Positions 14,755 through 22,527 of a stretch of 42,792 bases of DNA are shown here, one piece after another. Positions within the stretch are counted from its first letter, which is position 1, and each line of letters begins with the position of its first letter. The translations under genes were made by a program, and so were the position numbers. The notes below the pieces were generated by a model. That model ran no database searches and was not told where the DNA came from. It worked only from the letters and a program-made list of their open reading frames with translations. The DNA comes from a virus. The DNA lies in the IMG/VR virus record IMGVR_UViG_3300002461_000026, positions 1-42,792 of that record; one strand, 5' to 3'.

Positions 14755-17496
14755 TTACTTCCTCTTGATCTTCGCGTGGTGCTTGCCCACGTATTCCAGA
14801 GACGTGATGTTCAACTCGCCGGTGCCGGTCGTGAACACCTCCATTGCCGTGCTCCGCAGTTCGGTCCTGCACGGTACGATGACGCTTGCCTTCTTGCTGA
14901 ACGGCGCGACCCCTAGCTCAAGCTCAGGGCTTGCCCACGTGATTGTGGGCGCATCCATGTGCTCAGCCATGCTGAAGTCGTCCGACACGGAGACCTTGAA
15001 CTCAGACGAGTTCCGGGTGCCCAGCAGGTAGCGGAGCAGGGTGGCCTTGCCGCTGTGGATGACCTCGTTCGCGTAGTCCGTCACCACGGGCGGGCCGGGG
15101 GTCACGCCGCTGTAATACGGCAGGCCCAGCCCTACGCCCCCAGACGGCCACGAGAGGGCCGTACGCAGCGTTGCGCCACCGGGTTGAGGGGTAGCCCCCA
15201 CGTACTCGCCTGCGAGGCTCCCAGACAGCACCACGGGCTTCAGCTTGGCAACCATGGCCGGGTCGAACGTCAGCATCCACGCAGGGACCGTGATCACATG
15301 GTCCACGATCTCGGCAGTCACGTTCAGGTCGAGGAACGGTCGGCGCTCGGACTGGGCGTTCAGTGCCCCAGCACGCGGGTCTATCGTGCCTAGGACGATC
15401 ATACCGTTCCGAACGAACGCCAGCACGATCATGTCGCCCGCGAAGTACGCGGACGCCACAGGGTACTCAAACGTCCACTGATGCCACGACTGCTGCACCT
15501 TCGTGTCGCCGTCCCAGTGGTACTCGTGCACGATCAGGGAGCGTGTGTCGCCGCTGGGTGCGAACAGTGCCAGCGAGGCCACGCCTGACGACACAGCGAA
15601 CCGGCAGCGACCGCCCATGTACTTCGGCAGGTGCGGGGTGCTGTCCTGCGACGTGTACTGCGAGTCCGTGTAGTTCGAGGGCAGCATCTCCAGCACGCCG
15701 AAGAAGTCCTCCGAGCGGGGGTTGCAGTACATCAGGGTACGCCCGGCTGTGATTGGGCCTGACGTGGTGTCTGTCTCGTGCGAGGATGTTGGGACGACCG
15801 CTGCGTTCGTCGGGCTGATGGCGGTGTTCCCTGATGGAATCAGCGCCTGATATGCGCGGCTGAACAGCAGCAGGTCCTTGTTGAACTGCACGGCCCACTC
15901 GTACGCCGCAGCACTGTTCATACCGCTCCCGATCTCAATGGTATCGCTAGCCACCACGTTCGTCACTGTGCTACGGTAGAACCTGCGCGGATGCCCTGCC
16001 GCCGACAGTGACACCATCGGACCTGACATGAGGACTAACCGGCCTTGGTATGTCGCCATACCTGTGATCCCGTCGCGTATGAATGCATGCGTTGCGTTGG
16101 TCTCGTCGTCACCGGCTCGGCGCCCCTCGAACGATTGAAAATTCACGACCCACCGACCAGCTTTGTCGCGCATCACACTTACCGGGCACCGCCCGATTGA
16201 CACGGGTGATAGGTACGCAGAGTCCTCCAACCACTCGGACGTGTTGTAGTTGAACCTGTAGAACACCGAGGCGGGGCCAGTGCCCACACGCAGCAAGTAG
16301 CCATCCGCCGCTGGCGGTAGCTTAGCTGGCAAGTCCCCTGTAGAGCGCAGGTTGCCGCCACGCGAGGCGAGCATGTACTGTGAGCCTACAGACGTGTTCA
16401 CCGAGATGGCCCCGCTCCGTGATATGAACACGTACGGGCCTTCCCGCTGAATGATCAACACAGGCCCTGCTGGCAGGGTTACGGCACTTGTGAAGTCCGC
16501 TACCCCGTACATGGCCGTCTGCACCCCACTGGAGCCCCAGAGATCCGTAACAGACACCGTTGCGCTTCTGGCGATACCCGGGATGAACCCAGATACGGTA
16601 CTCGCCTCGAACTGCACACTCGTCTGCAACGTGAACTGGCGTGACGTGATCAAGTCCCACACATCCGTGTGCGGCCAGAACGACCGCACCCGTAGGTTGC
16701 CGCGTGAGAAGAAGTCAGGCGTGTTCGTGTACGGGAAGGTCACATTGGTCCACACCGGGGCGAACGCGGTGCCCGTGTTCACTTGTAGGGTCGCCGTGTA
16801 CCCCGCTGGAGGTGTGGCTGGGCGGCCTCCGGCATCGTATAGCTGGAAGTTAAACCCGGTCAGCCGAATCTGGGTCAGTGTGGTGCCGCTCAACTGTGCG
16901 GCCAGTTGGGTCGCGATGTACTCAGGCGTAGCCATGGCAGCATCACCGGCCCCAGTGCCACCCGGGGTTGTGTAGCTTGCTGTGAGTTCACCGTCAGCCC
17001 ACGTGACGGTGGCGGTGTACGCCCGCCCGAATGCGCCAGCGGTGACGTAGAAGAACCCTGAGTTCGCTGGGTCCGCCCCGTTCGTACCGGGCGTTATGGC
17101 GGGCTTGATGGCCGTGTTCGCGATGAAGAACTCTGTGCCTACCGCCGCTGCACGAATCGAGCGGTTGTCGGTGGTAGTGAGGTACTCCCCGCCGGCGAGG
17201 TTTGCCACCTCTACGAAGTTCTCGTCGAGCATGCGGATGTTGCCGGTGCGGGTATTCAGGAGGATATGCACCCGCGCACCGCCAAGATCGGTGAACCAAG
17301 ATAGCACGTGCTCCGCGTCCGCGCCTACCCACCCCCACGCCTTGCGCATCACGACACCGGGACGGCGGCGCAGGTTCGTCACGGGGTCAGAGACCATGTT
17401 CGTCTGCGAGGTCACTTGACCGGGCAGGCGTTCCTCGGGTAGCTGCTGGGATACCCCTTGCAGCAACGACTTGTACGGGGATTCAAACGTGCTCAT
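14755..17496 (-). CDS. Tail tubular protein B (T7 gp12-like)
   Basis: 913 aa, directly after tail tubular A. AAGGA lies 6 nt upstream. Size and position are typical of the nozzle protein. Confidence 0.9.
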   Translation of the reverse strand: MSTFESPYKSLLQGVSQQLPEERLPGQVTSQTNMVSDPVTNLRRRPGVVMRKAWGWVGADAEHVLSWFTDLGGARVHILLNTRTGNIRMLDENFVEVANLAGGEYLTTTDNRSIRAAAVGTEFFIANTAIKPAITPGTNGADPANSGFFYVTAGAFGRAYTATVTWADGELTASYTTPGGTGAGDAAMATPEYIATQLAAQLSGTTLTQIRLTGFNFQLYDAGGRPATPPAGYTATLQVNTGTAFAPVWTNVTFPYTNTPDFFSRGNLRVRSFWPHTDVWDLITSRQFTLQTSVQFEASTVSGFIPGIARSATVSVTDLWGSSGVQTAMYGVADFTSAVTLPAGPVLIIQREGPYVFISRSGAISVNTSVGSQYMLASRGGNLRSTGDLPAKLPPAADGYLLRVGTGPASVFYRFNYNTSEWLEDSAYLSPVSIGRCPVSVMRDKAGRWVVNFQSFEGRRAGDDETNATHAFIRDGITGMATYQGRLVLMSGPMVSLSAAGHPRRFYRSTVTNVVASDTIEIGSGMNSAAAYEWAVQFNKDLLLFSRAYQALIPSGNTAISPTNAAVVPTSSHETDTTSGPITAGRTLMYCNPRSEDFFGVLEMLPSNYTDSQYTSQDSTPHLPKYMGGRCRFAVSSGVASLALFAPSGDTRSLIVHEYHWDGDTKVQQSWHQWTFEYPVASAYFAGDMIVLAFVRNGMIVLGTIDPRAGALNAQSERRPFLDLNVTAEIVDHVITVPAWMLTFDPAMVAKLKPVVLSGSLAGEYVGATPQPGGATLRTALSWPSGGVGLGLPYYSGVTPGPPVVTDYANEVIHSGKATLLRYLLGTRNSSEFKVSVSDDFSMAEHMDAPTITWASPELELGVAPFSKKASVIVPCRTELRSTAMEVFTTGTGELNITSLEYVGKHHAKIKRK

Positions 17497-17499
17497 GGA

Positions 17500-18054
17500 T
17501 CATCCTTGCATTGCGCGGACCAAACGCCGCCAGTTCCCGTTCTTGCGGGTGTTGTGTTTCTTCTGCCGCAGGTGCTCGCCGAGCAGGTCGGACCAAGCAC
17601 CGGAAGCCTGCTGCTGCCAAAGCTGAAGCTCGGTAGTCACGCCAAGGTCGGTCGCGTACGCCTCCACAAGGGCAGACATGAACACGTACTGCGCAGCGGA
17701 CTCGGGCAACTCGTCAAAGGGCACCTGCTGACGTACGCGGCCCTTCACAGGGGCCGCGAAGACGTACGACAGTGTGTCGGGGTTGTACAGCTTGTTCCCC
17801 CGTAGCACTGCACTCATGCAGGAGTCTGGGACGAAGGAGAGCACATCGCGGCCCATGGCGATCTCGCCGCTGGTGCCGGGGTGTGCCGTGTAGTCGAATT
17901 CGTTGAACCACCACCCTTTGTTCAGGGTGCGTTCGAGGTTGGCATTCACGATGGGCAACAGAATGCCGAGGGTCGGATGCTTTGCGGTGAGAGACGTGAC
18001 CGGGCGCTCGCCCAGCTTCGGCATCACCAGATTGATTGCGTCGAGAAGTTTCAT
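17500..18054 (-). CDS. Tail tubular protein A (T7 gp11-like)
   Basis: 184 aa. The N-terminus LLDAINLVMPKLGERPVTSL...LNKGWWFNEF parallels T7 gp11 (VNDILASIGEPPVSTL...RGWTFN). First gene after the capsid terminator. Confidence 0.9.
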   Translation of the reverse strand: MKLLDAINLVMPKLGERPVTSLTAKHPTLGILLPIVNANLERTLNKGWWFNEFDYTAHPGTSGEIAMGRDVLSFVPDSCMSAVLRGNKLYNPDTLSYVFAAPVKGRVRQQVPFDELPESAAQYVFMSALVEAYATDLGVTTELQLWQQQASGAWSDLLGEHLRQKKHNTRKNGNWRRLVRAMQG

Positions 18055-18069
18055 GATGTCCTTTAACGT

Positions 18070-18100
18070 AAAAAGGGACCACCCTTTCGGAATGGTCCCC
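18070..18100 (-). terminator. Rho-independent terminator after the major capsid gene (T-phi equivalent)
   Basis: Minus-strand RNA GGGACCA-uuccgaaagggu-UGGUCCC (stems 18093-18099 / 18075-18081) followed by UUUUU. It lies between the capsid stop (18118) and the tail tubular A start (18054). Confidence 0.8.
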
Positions 18101-18117
18101 TTTGGGTTTGGACTTGA

Positions 18118-19140
18118 TCAGTCCGTGGCAATCACTGCCGATGCGTCACCGCGCTTGAGGCCCACGGTGTACATGCAGTACGAGTCCAGCACGTTCGCGA
18201 ACTCGGCCTTGTCGTCCCAGACGCGAGCGACCATGCCCTGTGCTTCCACAGTGACGAGGGTCTTGCGCGGGTGGAACAGGACCATGCGGGCCCTGGCTTC
18301 GTCGGCTGTCACGTTGAAGTTCGTGCCGAGGAAGTGCGCCGGGATGGCGGCGGTCGGGAAGCGGGGCGTCTCCACCACGCGCAGGCCGTTCAGCACAGCC
18401 ACGCGACGGTGCGCGAAGCTGTTGTCGCTGGAGCCGCCTTGGAACTCGACGTTCATCAGCTTCTTGTGGTCCAGCAGGATGTTGAACGCATCGGGCTCGA
18501 TCAGGGTCGAGAACTCGGCCAGCGAACCGCCGAGGTCACGCTTCACGAACACGGCGAGCGCGTTCTTGTGGGCTTGCACCAGCAGGTCGGCAGCGGTCTC
18601 GCGACCGGCTTCGGTGTTCAGCGCAACGGCGGCGTTGTAGCCAGCCATCACGGTGCGGATGCCATCGTTGAATGCGCCACTGGCCTTCAGCGAGGCCGGG
18701 GCAGCCCACGAGCCTGCCTTGATCAGTTGGATCAGGTGGGCTTGGTCGAACGCCTTGGCGTGCGCGGAGCCGTGCTCTTGGCTGTACTCGGCTTGGAAGT
18801 CCGGTGCGGTCCAGTCGTCTTGGTAGTCCACGGGCGTACGGATGTACGAGGTCGTGTCCACAGTGATGAGGACCTTCTCGTTCACGATGCGGGTGCTGTC
18901 CAGCGCCTCACCGGCCTTACGGCCCTTCACAACTGCGCCACCGACGCGATCACCGCGCCACGTGTTCGAGCGACCGGCGACGGGTTTGTAGTTCGTCAGG
19001 CCGCTGGAGCGGAACAGCGATTCGACTCGGAACGAGCCTTCGATGTCGCCTTCGTAGGCTTCGAGGTGGATGTCTTGGTCGGCGTTCGCACCGGCCCAGT
19101 GACTGCGGGACAGGTTGGCATTGTATGCGGTATCAGGCAT
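18118..19140 (-). CDS. Major capsid protein (T7 gp10-like)
   Basis: 340 aa. AAGGAA upstream. Strongly G/C-ending codons. Region EKVLITVDTTSYIRTPVDYQDDW parallels T7 gp10 EKVITIDGLLTADVLIYDIED. Follows the scaffold gene. Confidence 0.95.
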   Translation of the reverse strand: MPDTAYNANLSRSHWAGANADQDIHLEAYEGDIEGSFRVESLFRSSGLTNYKPVAGRSNTWRGDRVGGAVVKGRKAGEALDSTRIVNEKVLITVDTTSYIRTPVDYQDDWTAPDFQAEYSQEHGSAHAKAFDQAHLIQLIKAGSWAAPASLKASGAFNDGIRTVMAGYNAAVALNTEAGRETAADLLVQAHKNALAVFVKRDLGGSLAEFSTLIEPDAFNILLDHKKLMNVEFQGGSSDNSFAHRRVAVLNGLRVVETPRFPTAAIPAHFLGTNFNVTADEARARMVLFHPRKTLVTVEAQGMVARVWDDKAEFANVLDSYCMYTVGLKRGDASAVIATD

Positions 19141-19164
19141 GTTTCAATTTCCTTTCAGTTTGGA

Positions 19165-20121
19165 TTACAACCCGGAACGCTTGCCGAGGGAACGGCGGGC
19201 GAACAGGGACTCTCGGGCTTGCTCATAGCCTTGGGTGTCGGGGCGCAGCTTGGCGAGTTCCGCTTGGAACGCAGCCTTGCTCAACCCTTGACCCGTGACG
19301 ACGCTGGAAGCACCGTTCAACAGGGGTGCTCCTTGTTGAGGGATCAGGCCAGAGGCCCGGGAGAACTCCGCCACAACTTTGGCGGCTGCACGAATCTGAT
19401 CCGAGTTCGTCGAATCGAGCATCGTGGCAACAACCACCTTGAGGTGCTGCGGAGCTTGGGCGTTGAACGCAGCCGAAGCGGCGTTCCAATTTGCCTCACC
19501 ACCCACGAGCGAATGCACTTCGTTCGTGATGGCCGACGACTTCGCATTCACGGCCTGCACGATGCCTGCGGCAATCTCTGCAAGCTGGGGCGCGTTCGCC
19601 CCGCCCTTCTCGGCCAGATACGCACGGTCGATCAGCGCAGGGTCGCCGTAGGCGAGTGCGCGTCCCAACACGCGGTCGAGGTCGAGGCCCTTGCCGGTGG
19701 TCTGCAAGATGTTCGCCATCGAGCGGATGATCGGATCATCCACGGCGTTCACATCGAACTGAGCCAAGCCGTTCGACGCCCACGCGGGGAGTGCGGTTTC
19801 GGTAGGCTGTGCAGCGGGTGCGCCCGGCAGGTTGGGCGGTGCAATGGCTTGTAGCGCAGCCACCAGGGCCGACAAGTCGGTGGCCTGAGCGGGCTGCTGG
19901 GCTGGCTGCTGGCCGGGAGTCAGAGCCGGGTTCGGCTGCAAATACCCGGGCTGCTGCCCAGTGTGCACGATGGGCTCACCATTGCCCGGGGTACGGGCAG
20001 GTGGCCCAGCCGGGGGCACGTTGAAGCCTCCGCCCTGCGGTTGCGAGGGCGGCACGGCTGGTGCGCCCGGCGCGGGCGGTGCTTGGAAGCCATTGGTGGG
20101 TACGTTGGTGGCGGTTGTCAA
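19165..20121 (-). CDS. Scaffolding protein
   Basis: 318 aa between portal and capsid. TTG start 7 nt after AGGAGG, right behind the portal TAA. Pro/Gln-rich N-terminal about 100 aa, then a helical region. Confidence 0.85.
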   Translation of the reverse strand: MTTATNVPTNGFQAPPAPGAPAVPPSQPQGGGFNVPPAGPPARTPGNGEPIVHTGQQPGYLQPNPALTPGQQPAQQPAQATDLSALVAALQAIAPPNLPGAPAAQPTETALPAWASNGLAQFDVNAVDDPIIRSMANILQTTGKGLDLDRVLGRALAYGDPALIDRAYLAEKGGANAPQLAEIAAGIVQAVNAKSSAITNEVHSLVGGEANWNAASAAFNAQAPQHLKVVVATMLDSTNSDQIRAAAKVVAEFSRASGLIPQQGAPLLNGASSVVTGQGLSKAAFQAELAKLRPDTQGYEQARESLFARRSLGKRSGL

Positions 20122-21681
20122 TTAAAGTCCTCCTGTCAGGGTTTGCGAGAGCGCGTCTTGCTGATCCGCAAGTGTCGTGCCTTGTTGCATGTTCGCGGCA
20201 GCGGCCTGCTGCGCCGATTCGGCGTCTGCGTTGGCCTTCTGTTCTTCTGGCGTGTACATGATCGTCACGGGGTCGATGCTGCGACCGGCAAGAACCACAT
20301 CGACGATGCGCTTCGAGTCGATCCGCTTGTCCACTTGTGCGAGTGCAAGGGCTGCGGTAGCCTCTTGCGATGCGAGCAGAATGTTCTGCACGTCGCTGGA
20401 GCGGCCCAGTGCGGGGATACCTGCGGTCACGTCCGGGCGAAGGTCGCCGCTGATGATTCCGGCGAGGGCGGTCTCGGATACCTCGGTCATGAGCACATGA
20501 GCCATCGGCACCTGAATGCCGCCTGACAGGGTGCTGTACACCCCGCCCAGCGCGTACTCTGCCTCTTGGGCATCGCGCTGCAACTCGTACGCGGTAACGC
20601 GCTCTGCGTCCCGTGTGCCACCTTGGTACATGAATGCGCGGGCCAGTCGGGCGAGCACTCGCTCGATCAGCTTCTCGACGACTTCGAGCTTGCCAGCGTC
20701 ACCGGCCTCGTGGGCCTCGACTGTGTTCGGGTCGCCTCGGACCCATTCACCTGACTCGGCTGCGGCCAGATCGTCCACGTCACCGCCTCCACCAGCACCG
20801 ACGAGGTGCACGACACGCATGATCTCGACACCGTACAGCGCACCAGCCTCTGATAGGCTGCTGAGCTTAGCGAAGCCACCGGCGTAATCCTCCACCATGC
20901 CACGGGCGTAATGTTCCCCGGGAATCAAGTTCCACGTAGGACACATCCACGGACAAAGGTTTGTCGGGTACCACGAGGCTTCGCCCACGGAGATCATATC
21001 GACCTCTTGGCTTACCTCATACCCCACAACACCGTTGCGGACATTGCGATGGATACGGGTGTACTTCTCGACGCTTTGTTCGGGTCGGGAGTACTTGTGA
21101 CGTGCGGCCACTCGGAGGGCTTCTTGCAGAGACTCGGGTAGAGCCTCGACGGTTGTGAACTCCCTGAGCACGCAGTCCAATAGCTCGCCAGTGCCGTCCC
21201 GGCGTGTGGCGAAGTTCTGTAGGCCCCATGCTGTGACCTTACCCGCTTTGGAGTCGCGGTGCAGCAGCACTTGGCCGGTGACAATCAAGAACTTCAGTGC
21301 GAGGATCAGCGAAGCATAGCCTGAGTTCACGAACAATCGCTTGTTCGCGTTCACCTCAAGCCGGGCAAAGGCTGCGCGAAGTTCTTCTTCACCAAGGCCC
21401 TTCCTAGCGGCGTGGTCCTTGAATTCCTTCGATGCGCTCGCCTCGAAGAACGGGAACTGCGTGGGGAACAGCAGCCGCACGAGCTTCGTTGCGAGGTGGT
21501 TGGTCAGGAGGGCACCCATCTCCTGAAAGTCCCGCTCGACAATCACGCGACCAGATGAACTGATCTGGGCCGTGTCCGCCATGAGGTAGGGGAGGGTCCA
21601 GTGAGCGTACTGCTCACAGCGGCTGATGACGTGCGTGTCGCGGAACTTGTTGAACAGGGCCTTGTGATTCGGCCCGGCCAT
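20122..21681 (-). CDS. Portal (head-tail connector) protein, T7 gp8-like
   Basis: ERVTAYELQRDAQEAEYALGGVYSTLSGGIQVPMAHVLM aligns with T7 gp8 ERVTAEEIRYVASELEDTLGGVYSILSQELQLPLVRVLL. I place the start at the ATG at 21679-21681 (TGATG overlap); the track begins at a GTG at 21684. Confidence 0.95.
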   Translation of the reverse strand: MAGPNHKALFNKFRDTHVISRCEQYAHWTLPYLMADTAQISSSGRVIVERDFQEMGALLTNHLATKLVRLLFPTQFPFFEASASKEFKDHAARKGLGEEELRAAFARLEVNANKRLFVNSGYASLILALKFLIVTGQVLLHRDSKAGKVTAWGLQNFATRRDGTGELLDCVLREFTTVEALPESLQEALRVAARHKYSRPEQSVEKYTRIHRNVRNGVVGYEVSQEVDMISVGEASWYPTNLCPWMCPTWNLIPGEHYARGMVEDYAGGFAKLSSLSEAGALYGVEIMRVVHLVGAGGGGDVDDLAAAESGEWVRGDPNTVEAHEAGDAGKLEVVEKLIERVLARLARAFMYQGGTRDAERVTAYELQRDAQEAEYALGGVYSTLSGGIQVPMAHVLMTEVSETALAGIISGDLRPDVTAGIPALGRSSDVQNILLASQEATAALALAQVDKRIDSKRIVDVVLAGRSIDPVTIMYTPEEQKANADAESAQQAAAANMQQGTTLADQQDALSQTLTGGL

Positions 21682-21911
21682 CACAAATTGATTCCGAGTT
21701 GCGAGGACAGGCCCTGTCCGGGGCGGCGCTTCTTGGTGCCACCAGACGCGCTGATGCTCGCAGCCGATCCGCCTGCTACCACTTGGGCGAGGTTCTCGGT
21801 CGAGAGGTCTGCGGCGAAGTTCTTGCTGAGGTTGTTCGCGGCGGCTTGCGCTTCGGCAATCGCCTTGTTCGCTGCCTCAACTCCGCTGTTGTCAACTTTC
21901 GGGGTTTTCAT
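21681..21911 (-). CDS. Small virion-module protein upstream of portal
   Basis: 76 aa, Ala/Ser/Gly-rich. AGGAGA lies 4-5 nt upstream of the ATG, inside the GNAT 3' end (20-nt overlap). Confidence 0.75.
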   Translation of the reverse strand: MKTPKVDNSGVEAANKAIAEAQAAANNLSKNFAADLSTENLAQVVAGGSAASISASGGTKKRRPGQGLSSQLGINL

Positions 21912-22320
21912 TCAATCTCCTGTAAATCGTTTCATAGCGCCACGGCCCCTTACGGTGCGTGAACGCCAGCACGGGGACTCCAGCGCCTTTGGCTACGCGG
22001 AGGGCTCCTCGCATGCACCGCTGCGCGATGCCTGTGTTTCGGTACTTGGGGAGCACGTACTGTGCAAACACGCTCATGCACGGCCCGACATGGGCATCCC
22101 ACGGATCGTGGGCGAGTACAAGAGCGCCGAGCGACTTCACGCCGTCATGCACTCCGATCTCCCACCGATCCATGCCCTGCAATGAGAGCAGGGTGCGTCC
22201 GAGCCACTCCTGACGCGGAGTGACTTTCAGTTCTGGGAACTCGTCCCATGCTCGGGCGAACAATTCAAGGTCTTGAACTGCCTCACCCCGGTGTCGGAAT
22301 GTTGTGAACTGCGATACCAC
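21892..22320 (-). CDS. GNAT-family N-acetyltransferase
   Basis: Acetyl-CoA motif R-x-x-G-x-A in VLPKYRNTGIAQRCMRGALRVAKGAG, with a typical GNAT length. I favour the GTG start at 22318-22320, 6 nt after GGAGGA. The ATG at 22350 has no SD. Confidence 0.8.
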   Translation of the reverse strand: MVSQFTTFRHRGEAVQDLELFARAWDEFPELKVTPRQEWLGRTLLSLQGMDRWEIGVHDGVKSLGALVLAHDPWDAHVGPCMSVFAQYVLPKYRNTGIAQRCMRGALRVAKGAGVPVLAFTHRKGPWRYETIYRRLNENPES

Positions 22321-22489
22321 GGGTCTTCCTCCGAATTGCTTCCATGACATCTTGTTGCCCAAAGTATTGCCGCATGAGGGCTTCAGAGCTTGAGGGTCCA
22401 TGTACTACATGAGGGAAGATACCTTCAAGGTACTGTACTTGTTCATGAGTGAAGGTTACTTGACTATTACTTCTCTTAGGTGTATTCAT
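22283..22489 (-). CDS. Hypothetical 68-aa protein in an AT-rich islet (possible ribbon-helix-helix-like N-terminus)
   Basis: GAAGGAGAAGGAG lies 2 nt upstream of the ATG at 22487-22489. Protein: MNTPKRSNSQVTFTHEQVQYLEGIF... The 5' half uses A/T-ending codons unlike the rest of the genome. The 3' end overlaps the GNAT gene in another frame. Confidence 0.55.
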   Translation of the reverse strand: MNTPKRSNSQVTFTHEQVQYLEGIFPHVVHGPSSSEALMRQYFGQQDVMEAIRRKTRGIAVHNIPTPG

Positions 22490-22527
22490 AACTCCTTCTC
22501 CTTCTTCATCCATTACGGGATACTCTA